From an uncultured Candidatus Saccharibacteria bacterium (lineage in GTDB: Bacteria > Patescibacteriota > Minisyncoccia > Phycocordibacterales > JACOZG01), in NCBI GenBank assembly GCA_965230925.1, contig OZ246403.1:530230-594229 (forward strand): a stretch of DNA of 64,000 nt, given 5' to 3'. Within the stretch, counting starts at the first letter, position 1, and every line of letters starts with the position of its first letter. The notes below the pieces were generated by a model that had not been told where the DNA came from, did no database searches, and was given only the letters and a program-made list of their open reading frames with translations. Below, one piece after another: positions 17,733 through 26,467 of the stretch. The translations under genes and the position numbers were made by a program.

Positions 17733-19646
17733 ATGAAAAAATTTACCCTTTTATCTTTATTTTTAGCCTTAATTTTTATTAGTCCAATTGCGGCCCGAGC
17801 TCAAGATACGAGCAAGCTTGATTACTCTAGCCTGCTTAAAATCTTGGAACAGCTTCGAAGTCAGAAGGCTGTTCCTTCCGTGACCGTTACGCCGGTTGAC
17901 GGTGTTTTTAAACCCGTTGATGTGCCTGTCGCCTTCAAGATTGGTGAGAGTGGCCCTGAGGTGAGAGCGATCCAAGAAAAACTTCGTGCCTCCGGCGACT
18001 TCACTTATCCAGAAATTACTGGTTATTACGGCAAAGTCACCGATGATGCGGTGAAGAAGTATGAGGCGCGAACCAAAGAGAAAATTCTTAAGCCGCAACC
18101 AATTGCAAGACCGTTCCCAATGTGGCCAGTTTCTGGAGCGGGTCTCGGTAATTTCTCGGTGAAGGAAATAAACGCCGCGATTGCTGAAGCTTATAGTGGA
18201 AATGATAAAACCGGAGTTTGGAAGGAAATTCCTGGTAGTAAAGAGTACAGCCAATTTCAGTCCGGCCCAATTAATTGCAATGGCGCCAATACTTGCATTG
18301 ATGGTCTTTACAACTTTGCCCAGATTTCTCGGGTGGCAGTAAATTCTTCTGGTAATGTGGCGGTGGTGGCGGTAAATACTGGATATGTGTATCCGGAGGG
18401 GCAACTTATTAAGAAGGGAGATACTCAGGTGCCAGCAGTTTTTCCTACTTTCGCTTATGGTGGACCTCGTCCGACGCTGTACCCAATAGAAAAGAAGGTT
18501 GATGGTCGCGTGGTACTCGGTATGCCGTATCGATTGTATGAATATCCTACCGAGACGGAGTTTTCTCGCTCCAATGTTAGCGACCTCAACTTCAAAGGGG
18601 AAAACCTTTTGTTTGTTCTGGTAACAGGGCAGAAGAATTATCATGACACTCGTGGTTTGGTAGACGCGAGTGACACCTATCCCTTCACGGTTCAGCTCGA
18701 TCGCGCTACCGATATGTATCAATTGGTGCCTGGTCAGAAAACAGAATACCCAACACCAATAACAAGTGGTATCCAAGTGATCTCACCCAATGGTGGCGAG
18801 GGGCTTGCCTTGGGAACAACTTATCGAGTGGCTTGGAATACAAAATATAATTTTCCCGCAGACATTTTCCTTGTTGACCAAACGGCTCTTGCGCCAATTC
18901 AAATTGGTGATGAATACACTGGTTATTTTGACTGGGTAGTTGGAAAAAGAAACAGAAATTCTGATCGAGAAATAAAGCCAGGAAGTTATTTTATTAAAGT
19001 TTGTGTATTAGCTGATCCTTCAGACGAGAAAAGCGTAGTTTGTGACCAAAGTGATTCTTACTTCAAAATTTATTCTGACACTCAGACAGGTGAACCAAAG
19101 CCCGGGGTTTTTGGAATCATGAGCAGTGTCCCGAGTTCGGGCGCGGTTGATGCGCGGATGCCATCGAATCCTGATGGTTCAACGGTCAGTGGTTGGCAAA
19201 CATTTGAATTGATCTTCAATGAAGGCAATGCGGCGAAGATGAGATCACTTAAGCCGAGCGACTTTCTGGTGAAAAACACCGGCGCCGGGTCGCTTAAAGT
19301 CTCTTCTGTTGAAGTGCTTGGTGAGAACAATATCCGGGTAAAGCTAGATAAACCAATTCCGGTTGGTCAGTGGACGCTCATTGTTCATGAAGATTCTGGT
19401 ACCTACGCCAATTTTGGCTTCTTGCCGGCCGACAGTAATGGCGACGGTGTAGTTAATTCCACTGACCTTTTGCTTCTCATTGATGTAAACAATCAGGCCA
19501 AGAAAGCGGAAGTGTGGCAGGTAGATATTGATCGCAGTGGGGTGGTAAATATTCTCGATCAACTAATGTGGATTAACCTGATCAATGGTGCCGACGCCTT
19601 CGACATTTGGCTCAATAAATCATTGCCGCCACTTTACGGAAACTAA
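17733..19646 (+). CDS. secreted surface protein: PG_binding_1-like domain + Kre9/KNH-like Ig-like domain + conserved module + type-I dockerin-like repeats
   Basis: Start taken at MKKFTLLSLFLALIFISPIAARA; the upstream part of the 17607 ORF overlaps the previous gene. FKIGESGPEVRAIQEKLRASGDFTYPEITGYYG resembles the peptidoglycan-binding motif. ISPNGGE...W matches the Ig-like motif. C-terminal DSNGDGVVNSTDLLLLID and DIDRSGVVNILDQLMWINLINGADA form the dockerin pair. Confidence 0.65.
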   Translation: MKKFTLLSLFLALIFISPIAARAQDTSKLDYSSLLKILEQLRSQKAVPSVTVTPVDGVFKPVDVPVAFKIGESGPEVRAIQEKLRASGDFTYPEITGYYGKVTDDAVKKYEARTKEKILKPQPIARPFPMWPVSGAGLGNFSVKEINAAIAEAYSGNDKTGVWKEIPGSKEYSQFQSGPINCNGANTCIDGLYNFAQISRVAVNSSGNVAVVAVNTGYVYPEGQLIKKGDTQVPAVFPTFAYGGPRPTLYPIEKKVDGRVVLGMPYRLYEYPTETEFSRSNVSDLNFKGENLLFVLVTGQKNYHDTRGLVDASDTYPFTVQLDRATDMYQLVPGQKTEYPTPITSGIQVISPNGGEGLALGTTYRVAWNTKYNFPADIFLVDQTALAPIQIGDEYTGYFDWVVGKRNRNSDREIKPGSYFIKVCVLADPSDEKSVVCDQSDSYFKIYSDTQTGEPKPGVFGIMSSVPSSGAVDARMPSNPDGSTVSGWQTFELIFNEGNAAKMRSLKPSDFLVKNTGAGSLKVSSVEVLGENNIRVKLDKPIPVGQWTLIVHEDSGTYANFGFLPADSNGDGVVNSTDLLLLIDVNNQAKKAEVWQVDIDRSGVVNILDQLMWINLINGADAFDIWLNKSLPPLYGN

Positions 19647-19649
19647 ACT

Positions 19650-20171
19650 TTGAATGTGAGTGTAAGAGAACATGATGCTCTACGTCACCAGCTTTTAGAA
19701 GCTCATGACGCCTGGTCGAAAGCGATTTTTCGCCATCTTTCCTTCCGAGTAAGAGATCGTGAGCGGGTTCTTGAGCTGACGCAAGAGGTCTTTCTTCGTG
19801 CTTGGCAAATGCTCTCTCGAGGAGAAAAGGTGGAGAATATGCGAGCCCTTCTCTATCGTATTGCCCGCAATCTGACCATTGATGAGTACCGCAAGCCGAA
19901 GACGGAATCGCTTGATGCCCTAACTGAAGCGACTGATTTTGAGCCGGTAGATCCGCGGGAGGAAAACTTGGTTGATCAGCTTGATGGGGCGCGGATGCGC
20001 GAACTGGTGCTCAAGCTTGAACCGCTTTACCGGGAGCCTTTGGTCTATCGTTATATTGATGATCTGGCGGTGAAGGAGATCGCGAGTCTCCTCGGAGAGA
20101 CAGAAAACGTGATCTCTGTTCGGCTTCATCGCGGTTTAGCCAAGCTCCGCGAGCTTATTTTAAAATCATGA
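19650..20171 (+). CDS. ECF (sigma-70 family group 4) RNA polymerase sigma factor
   Basis: Region 2 (LTQEVFLRAWQ..., RNLTIDEYRK) and a region 4 HTH (LVYRYIDDLAVKEIASLLGETENVISVRLHRGLAKLRE). 173 aa. TTG/GTG start 4 nt after the previous stop. Confidence 0.8.
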   Translation: MNVSVREHDALRHQLLEAHDAWSKAIFRHLSFRVRDRERVLELTQEVFLRAWQMLSRGEKVENMRALLYRIARNLTIDEYRKPKTESLDALTEATDFEPVDPREENLVDQLDGARMRELVLKLEPLYREPLVYRYIDDLAVKEIASLLGETENVISVRLHRGLAKLRELILKS

Positions 20172-20240
20172 ATCCCGTTACAAATTCAGCCAACCTAACT
20201 ATGAGTAAGATTATTAAGTGTGTTAAATTTGTAACGGGAT
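20172..20240 (+). promoter_or_regulatory. perfect 15-bp inverted repeat (atcccgttacaaatt / aatttgtaacgggat) spanning sigma stop to anti-sigma start
   Basis: Arms at 20172-20186 and 20226-20240 with a 39-nt loop. The right arm contains the ATG (20239) of the downstream gene. Seen directly in sequence. Confidence 0.4.
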
Positions 20241-20718
20241 GAATCACTTAGAACGCGCCCTGGGGCGAGCAAAAAACGAAATGAATTTGACCGAGGCCGA
20301 GGAGGCGAGTCTTAAGCAGGCTTTGGAGTGGAAAATGGGTGAGGAGAAACTGGTAAGAATCCCCGAAGACTATCGTCATCATGCTTGGTGGCGGGGTTTA
20401 GCCCTAGTTTTGCCACTCATTGTCATTTTTATCGCGGCGCGTCAAGTAACGGCACCAAGGCCGGACGTGTTGCCGCAAGTGTCGGATAGTGCTACCGAAA
20501 TGGTTGTACCCATGACGGTTCCCGTTGCTCCAGTTGCACCTCCTCCGGCACCGGTAATGCTGAAGCGAATGCCGGTGGTGGAACCGCCGGTGGCGCCAGT
20601 AGAGCCTCAGTTTCCTACGATGACGCCGTCAGCGGGTGGACTGATGTCTGTTCCAGAAGATGAGACAGAGTTGCTACGAGCCACCACGTCCACAAGTACG
20701 ATTGAGATTGAAGAATAA
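20239..20718 (+). CDS. putative anti-sigma factor / membrane-anchored regulator (single TM, Pro/Val-rich extracytoplasmic tail)
   Basis: Immediately downstream of the ECF sigma. One TM helix (WWRGLALVLPLIVIFIAA) and a low-complexity PVAPVAPPPAPV tail. No recognisable zinc-finger anti-sigma N-domain, so assignment is by context only. Confidence 0.4.
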   Translation: MNHLERALGRAKNEMNLTEAEEASLKQALEWKMGEEKLVRIPEDYRHHAWWRGLALVLPLIVIFIAARQVTAPRPDVLPQVSDSATEMVVPMTVPVAPVAPPPAPVMLKRMPVVEPPVAPVEPQFPTMTPSAGGLMSVPEDETELLRATTSTSTIEIEE

Positions 20719-20728
20719 TAAATTTATA

Positions 20729-23059
20729 ATGAATAATATGAAAAAAATAAACATCCTCTTGCTTGGTCTTGCTTTGGTGGGGGGCTTGGTAATGCCCACC
20801 ACGACGCGAGCCCAAATTACTAGTCCTTGGGAAGAAACGGCTTATTTGCCGCCGTGGTCTCCTGTTCAAACCGAAGTGCGGTTTAAGATTGGTGAGAGTG
20901 GTCCCGAGGTGCGAGCGATCCAAGAGAAGCTTCGTGCTTCTGGCGATTTTACCTATCCTGAAATCACTGGCTATTACGGTCAACTGACTGATGCCGCGGT
21001 GAAGAAGTATGAATTGAGAACTGGGCAGAAAATTATTAAACCAATGCCGAGACCGCTTCCAATGCCACCAGTTAGCAGTGATGATATCACGGTGCTTTCA
21101 CCAAATGGCGGGGAAAAATTAAATATAGGAGACAAGTTTAATATTAGTTGGTCAATTAAAGATGGTAAGATAGATTTTCCGTCGATAAGTATTCATTTGC
21201 GAGAGCACCTTACCTGTACACCAGAAAACCATCCCAACGACCCATTCTTTTGCTCTTTGTGGGATCCCGCCCCACCGAAGTCCTATGCAGTAATAGTTGG
21301 TGCTCCTAATTCGCTAAAGAACGGTGGAAGCTATGCTTGGTTAGTTGGTAGAGCGCAAAGAATTGATGACGATATTGTTTCTTACTTAAACATCCCTTCT
21401 GGAAAATATTTCCTAGAAATATGTTATTCGCAGATAATTCCAATTGCTGGAGGATTAACAAACAACACTTCCCGAGCTCAGGTTTGTGATAAGAGTGATT
21501 CCTATTTCACTATTTCTTCTAACGACATCATTCCTTATCCTCGACCATTCGGCAATCAACCACCGGTAATTCACGGTGTCTCTGGTCCGACGGTGTTACG
21601 AGTGGGCGAGGCGGGTGAGTGGTCAGTGAAGGCGAGTGATCCAGAGAACGGTAGCTTGAAGTATGCTATTGATTGGGGTGATCGAAGGGCTTCAGCTGGT
21701 GCGGAGGGCTTGCCTTCAGTGTTTGGTCTTACGTTTGATACGACTCAGAAAAGCACCTTTACTCACAGCTATGGTTCCGCCGGTACTTATACGATTACTT
21801 TTGCGGTAAGTGACGATTGGGGTAATAGCGCCAAGTCCAGCATGACGGTGCGAGTAGGTAATAGTGTTGTTGGTAATAATAAAGTCCAAGTAATTTCACC
21901 TAACGGTGGTGAATCGTTGCTTGCTTACTCCAACGCCACTATTACTTGGCAGTCTCCTAGTGCTAAGGTTGATTTATATTTGCAGCCAGATTGGTCTTGT
22001 CCTGCTGGTTATGCTTGTCCGGCCGTAATGCCACAGCCTTACCTTCTCGATAAGAATATTTCTGGAAATGTGTATTACTGGATTGTGGCGACTGATGTAA
22101 ACAATAAAAGAATTCCGAGCGGAAGTTATAAAATAGAAATTTGTCCGGCTGGGTCTGACTCGGGTTGTGATTCTAGTGACAATTCTTTCAGAATTTATTC
22201 TAATAGCAACTTGCCGGCAGAGGCTGAAGGTGAGCTGAGTGTGGACGTTGTAACTTCAAAGAGCGAGAAAACTCTTACCAGTGCGCGACTCTCGGTGCAC
22301 ACAAGTAGCGGGCGCTTTGTGGCCACGGGCAATACAAGCGATGGCCCGGAAATCTTTAGCGACTTAGCTTATGGTTCTTATGTGGTCTACGCTCAGGCCT
22401 CTGGTTATGCGCCAGCGAGAAAGGCTTTCACCCTCTCGGCCAAAAAGCCTTCAGCCACGGTGGTGATTAAACTTAAGACGGCGAAAACGGTAGATATGCC
22501 CAAGGTGGTAACTTCAGGTATTGTCTCGAGTAATCCGCCAAATGGTGCTATCGATGCGCGGATGCCCTCGAATGTGAACGGCTCCGGCTTCTGGCAAGGT
22601 TGGAATCAATTTGTACTTAAAATTGCTGGAGTAAATACGGCCAGCCTCACTCCAACTGACTTTGCCATGAAGACAACCGGCGGAGTGTCGACGAAGATCA
22701 ATGACGTTTCTGTTGCAACCGGCGATTCAACTCTTGGTGTGATTCTTACTACCCAGTATGGCGTGCCAATTCCGGAAGGCGAGCGGACGGTTATCAGACA
22801 TGAGGCGAGTGGTACTGAGATTTGTCTCGGGTATCTCCCCGGCGACGTGGACGGTAGCGCCAAGGTGGACGGTGCCGACTTGCTTGCCCTCATTGATGCG
22901 ATCAACGGCGTGAAGACCTTGCCAGATTATTCTACCGATCTCAACCGCGACGGTGTGACGAACAATGAAGATCAGCTTACTTGGATTGATCTCACTAACG
23001 GCGCCGACGCCTACAGCGCTTGGTTTGGCGAGACCTTGCCCAAGTGTCCGAAGATCTAA
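20729..23059 (+). CDS. large secreted surface protein: PG_binding_1-like + Kre9/KNH Ig-like x2 + PKD-like + conserved module + type-I dockerin-like repeats
   Basis: Start taken at MNNMKKINILLLGLALVGG. The FKIGESGPEVRAIQEKLRASGDFTYPEITGYYG stretch is identical to the 17733 protein. A PKD-like domain is present (YAIDWGD...GTYTITFAVSDDWGN). C-terminal GDVDGSAKVDGADLLALIDAINGV...DLNRDGVTNNEDQLTWIDLTNGADA forms the dockerin pair. Confidence 0.65.
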   Translation: MNNMKKINILLLGLALVGGLVMPTTTRAQITSPWEETAYLPPWSPVQTEVRFKIGESGPEVRAIQEKLRASGDFTYPEITGYYGQLTDAAVKKYELRTGQKIIKPMPRPLPMPPVSSDDITVLSPNGGEKLNIGDKFNISWSIKDGKIDFPSISIHLREHLTCTPENHPNDPFFCSLWDPAPPKSYAVIVGAPNSLKNGGSYAWLVGRAQRIDDDIVSYLNIPSGKYFLEICYSQIIPIAGGLTNNTSRAQVCDKSDSYFTISSNDIIPYPRPFGNQPPVIHGVSGPTVLRVGEAGEWSVKASDPENGSLKYAIDWGDRRASAGAEGLPSVFGLTFDTTQKSTFTHSYGSAGTYTITFAVSDDWGNSAKSSMTVRVGNSVVGNNKVQVISPNGGESLLAYSNATITWQSPSAKVDLYLQPDWSCPAGYACPAVMPQPYLLDKNISGNVYYWIVATDVNNKRIPSGSYKIEICPAGSDSGCDSSDNSFRIYSNSNLPAEAEGELSVDVVTSKSEKTLTSARLSVHTSSGRFVATGNTSDGPEIFSDLAYGSYVVYAQASGYAPARKAFTLSAKKPSATVVIKLKTAKTVDMPKVVTSGIVSSNPPNGAIDARMPSNVNGSGFWQGWNQFVLKIAGVNTASLTPTDFAMKTTGGVSTKINDVSVATGDSTLGVILTTQYGVPIPEGERTVIRHEASGTEICLGYLPGDVDGSAKVDGADLLALIDAINGVKTLPDYSTDLNRDGVTNNEDQLTWIDLTNGADAYSAWFGETLPKCPKI

Positions 23060-23081
23060 ACTAAATAAAACGCTTGATCCC

Positions 23082-23115
23082 AAAGCCGCACCTTGGTGCG
23101 GCTTTGTTGTTTTTA
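23082..23115 (+). terminator. rho-independent terminator (aaagccgcacc-tt-ggtgcggcttt + T-run)
   Basis: 11-bp perfect stem followed by gttgttttt. Confidence 0.6.
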
Positions 23116-23159
23116 ATCAACACGGTACAATTAGTAATTATTAGCAATAATACCTAACC

Positions 23160-24329
23160 GTGAATTTTAAATTAGACGAAGGAAAATTATTCACTCTCTT
23201 ACTTGTAATTATTATTCTTTCCGGCCTCTCTTTGTTTTTTCAGGTTGTTAATTTACAAATACAAGGTTCTAATTCACCGGCCTTAGTTAAAAACGGTTCT
23301 CAATTTGAGGTGCAAGAGAGGCCGTCATTTGAACCGTCTTTACCAGCCCGTCAGAGATATGTGATTACTGACGTGGGTTCCCTCACGGAACCGAGTTTTG
23401 TTGAGTCGGTTTCCGTTAACTCTTCTGGTTGGGTGGTGGGTAACGCTAATGGTGGTGATGGGTACCCTAGACCAATTTTGTCTCGTGATGGTCACATTCA
23501 AGCTTTGGGTTTTCCTTCACCAGGCATTTTGCGTGGTTGGGCTCGGGATATAAACGATGGTGGGTCAGCGGTGGGTAGTGTGGAAGACGGTGTTATCGAG
23601 AAGCCTGTTTGGTGGAACAGCAGTTTCTTGCCGCAAATGTTACCTACGGGTACAGCCGCTCGTGGGCAAGCAGATGGGATTAATAATTTGGGTGAGATTG
23701 TGGGCAATATTGTCCAGATTGGACCAAAGGCGGTTAAGTGGAGCGGTGGCCAGATGACTCTTTTGGAAAGTTTGGGTGGTAGTAAATCTTATGCCCATGA
23801 CATAAATGACGGCGGAAAAATTGTTGGATCCTCAACCCTGACAAACAATGAAACATACTTTTTTGCTTGCCTTTGGGATAAGGGGCAAGTTGTGGAGCTC
23901 GGTGCCTTACCCGATGGTCTGGGAAGTTCTGCAGAGGCTATAAATGAGAACGGTGAAGCCGTTGGTTTTTCCTTTACCCCGCACCACAATTTTCCTGGTG
24001 GTGGGCAGGTGAAGAGGGCTGTTGCTTGGCGTGATGGGGAGATTGTTGATTTGGGTAGCTTGCCTGGAAATGTAGATTTTTCCTACGCTCTTGGGATTAA
24101 TGACCGTGGTTGGATTGTGGGTTCTAGCGGCGGCGGTTTTGGTCAAGAGTCAGTGGCAACATTGTGGCGCGACGGTGTAATTATTGATTTGAACACTTAC
24201 TTACCAGAAAATTCTGGTTGGTATCTGCTTGAGGCGCATGACATTAATGAGAGAGGTGAAATTACCGGCATTGGTTACTTAGAAGGCTTTAGTAATCAAA
24301 GTCGGGGGTTTGTTATGAAGCCGGTATAG
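23160..24329 (+). CDS. membrane-anchored extracellular HAF-family repeat protein
   Basis: N-terminal TM anchor. It carries at least six repeats of the DIN(D/N)xG.IVG type (DINDGGSAVGS, INNLGEIVGN, DINDGGKIVGS, INENGEAVGF, INDRGWIVGS, DINERGEITG), matching the HAF extracellular repeat. Confidence 0.55.
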   Translation: MNFKLDEGKLFTLLLVIIILSGLSLFFQVVNLQIQGSNSPALVKNGSQFEVQERPSFEPSLPARQRYVITDVGSLTEPSFVESVSVNSSGWVVGNANGGDGYPRPILSRDGHIQALGFPSPGILRGWARDINDGGSAVGSVEDGVIEKPVWWNSSFLPQMLPTGTAARGQADGINNLGEIVGNIVQIGPKAVKWSGGQMTLLESLGGSKSYAHDINDGGKIVGSSTLTNNETYFFACLWDKGQVVELGALPDGLGSSAEAINENGEAVGFSFTPHHNFPGGGQVKRAVAWRDGEIVDLGSLPGNVDFSYALGINDRGWIVGSSGGGFGQESVATLWRDGVIIDLNTYLPENSGWYLLEAHDINERGEITGIGYLEGFSNQSRGFVMKPV

Positions 24330-24334
24330 TTTGT

Positions 24335-26461
24335 TTATTCAAAATGTAATTCGCTTGGCTTCTTGAGCTGAGTGAGAAGGGAAGGATGATGGTTTAGATT
24401 AGGATCAGCGGTGAGAAGCCGTCCGGCCTCAAGTCGGGCGGCTTCGACCATTTTGAGATTTTGCAAAGCTTCCATGCCGAGATCGGAGATGCCCCATTGT
24501 TTACCCGTACCAGAGAGCGAGCCGGCACCGCGGAGTTTGAGATCAAGCTCGGCGAGTTCAAAACCATTTTTCGCTTTTTGCAGAGCTTCCAGGCGCGGGA
24601 GAATCGTTTTGGTCTCTTTGGTGGTAAACAAATAGCAGTAAGATTGCGCTGTACTGCGCATCACGCGGCCGCGGAGTTGGTGTAGTTGAGCGAGTCCGAA
24701 GCGCTCGGCGCCTTCAATCACGATCACTGTGGCGTTTGGAATATTAACCCCAACCTCAACCACTGAAGTGGAGACGAGAATTTGAATCTTATTTTCTTTG
24801 AAGTCGCTAATCACTTGCTCTTTATCGGCCGGCTTCAACTTGCTGTGGAGGAGTCCGACGGTGTAATGCGGGAATTTCTCGGCAATAATTTTTGCCTCTT
24901 GTTTCGCTGATTTGGTCTCGAGCGCGAGTTCTTTGGAGGGATCAGGCTCGTCGATGCGCGGGCAAATGATATAGGCTTGATGACCAGCTTCTAGTTCTTG
25001 ATGAATTTTCTGATAAGCTTCCGTTCGCCGATTTTCTGGAATCACTTCCGTAATTACTGGCCGCCGACCCGGCGGCATTTCATCGAGAAGGGTGAGATCA
25101 AGATCGCCATAAATCGTTAATGCGAGCGTGCGGGGAATCGGCGTCGCCGTCATACTCAAGAGATGGGGCGCGCGCGCATTTTTCTTCACCAAATTGGCGC
25201 GCTGATTGATGCCGAAGCGATGTTGTTCATCAATAATCACATACGCCAAGTTTTTAAATTTCACCGATTTCTGAATGAGCGCTTGGGTGCCAAGGAGAAT
25301 GGCGATTTCACCACCGGCGACCCACTTGAGCATCTGCGCGCGCGAGATATGGGTGTCTTGTCTGCCACCGCTAATGCCAATCTTCGACGGGAATTTACGA
25401 CACTCGGTGCCGGTGATGAGACCAATGTTGATCGGCAAGTGGGCGAAGTAATCAATAAATGATTCATAATGTTGGCGAGCGAGAATTTCCGTCGGTGCCA
25501 TATAGGCTACCTGCAGGCTGGTCTTCACCACTGCGTAGGCTGTGGCCGCGGCTACCAAGGTTTTTCCCGAACCAACGTCACCCTCGAGGAGGCGCGTCAT
25601 AGGTTTATCGGCCGCGAAGTCGAGGGTAATTTGCTCAATTGCGCGGTTCTGCGCTGCGGTTGCTGCGAAGGGGAAGCGCTTGAGAAATTTTTCTAATTCA
25701 TCTTTGTCGCTCTTAATCACGAAGCCGCCGCCGGCTTGATATTCTTTCCGCGTGCGCTGACGTTCGAGTTGGATGAGAAAAACTTCTTCGAAGGCAAAGC
25801 GTTTGCGCGCGGCCACGGCATCCGCTTCTTTCTGCGGTTGATGAATAAAGACCAGTGCGCTCTCGAGATTAGGCAGATGATAGCGAGCAATAATTTCTGC
25901 TGGCAGAGTTTCGGTCACTTTCTTCGCCAGCCTATTCTCCAAAAGTTTTTTAATATGATGCTCAAACCAGAGCGAAGACAGACTTTTTGTCTCCGGATAA
26001 ACGGGGGCAAAGTTTCCTGTTTCCGGCTCGCGCATAATTTCTAAATCGCTGATACCAGAAATCGCCGGGTTCGCAATATATTTTTCTCCTTTGCGCTCAG
26101 TCACTTTGCCCGAGACGCGCACCAGCGCTCCTTCCGGCGCCTTCTTGGCCATATAGGCTTGATGAAACCAAAGCAATTTTATTTTCCCTGTTTGGTCTTC
26201 GAGCCAGAGCTCGGCCATCGGCATTTTCTTATAAAACGCTTTGGCTGTTTTCGCTTTTATAATCTGACCATGGAGAGTGACCGTATCACCCACGGCGAGT
26301 TCCGCAATTGTCTTCGTCGGCGCCGGTGTTTCGTAGCGACTGGGAAAATAAAATAATAAAGCTCGTAAAGTCTTGAGTTTGAGTTTAACTAAAGCACGGA
26401 CTTGGTTTGGATTGAGCCGAAAATGTGTTTCAATGAAGTCATTAGGCGCCATGCGGCCCAT
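24335..26461 (-). CDS. recG: ATP-dependent DNA helicase RecG
   Basis: 708 aa. Wedge/OB N-terminal domain, helicase motif I GDVGSGKT, motif II DEQHRFG, and a C-terminal helicase domain. Confidence 0.9.
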   Translation of the reverse strand: MGRMAPNDFIETHFRLNPNQVRALVKLKLKTLRALLFYFPSRYETPAPTKTIAELAVGDTVTLHGQIIKAKTAKAFYKKMPMAELWLEDQTGKIKLLWFHQAYMAKKAPEGALVRVSGKVTERKGEKYIANPAISGISDLEIMREPETGNFAPVYPETKSLSSLWFEHHIKKLLENRLAKKVTETLPAEIIARYHLPNLESALVFIHQPQKEADAVAARKRFAFEEVFLIQLERQRTRKEYQAGGGFVIKSDKDELEKFLKRFPFAATAAQNRAIEQITLDFAADKPMTRLLEGDVGSGKTLVAAATAYAVVKTSLQVAYMAPTEILARQHYESFIDYFAHLPINIGLITGTECRKFPSKIGISGGRQDTHISRAQMLKWVAGGEIAILLGTQALIQKSVKFKNLAYVIIDEQHRFGINQRANLVKKNARAPHLLSMTATPIPRTLALTIYGDLDLTLLDEMPPGRRPVITEVIPENRRTEAYQKIHQELEAGHQAYIICPRIDEPDPSKELALETKSAKQEAKIIAEKFPHYTVGLLHSKLKPADKEQVISDFKENKIQILVSTSVVEVGVNIPNATVIVIEGAERFGLAQLHQLRGRVMRSTAQSYCYLFTTKETKTILPRLEALQKAKNGFELAELDLKLRGAGSLSGTGKQWGISDLGMEALQNLKMVEAARLEAGRLLTADPNLNHHPSLLTQLKKPSELHFE

Positions 26462-26467
26462 TCTAAC

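Noticed and set aside
17769-18776. 335-aa minus-strand ORF inside the dockerin surface protein gene
   Set aside because: It is antisense to a gene with clear domain architecture. Its sequence is low-complexity and Arg/Cys/His-rich.
26402-26467. Upstream extension of the Kelch protein ORF (start at 26402)
   Set aside because: The extension is antisense-overlapped with the recG N-terminus and precedes an obvious signal peptide (MNFWLLILSLF...). The start at 26468 is preferred.
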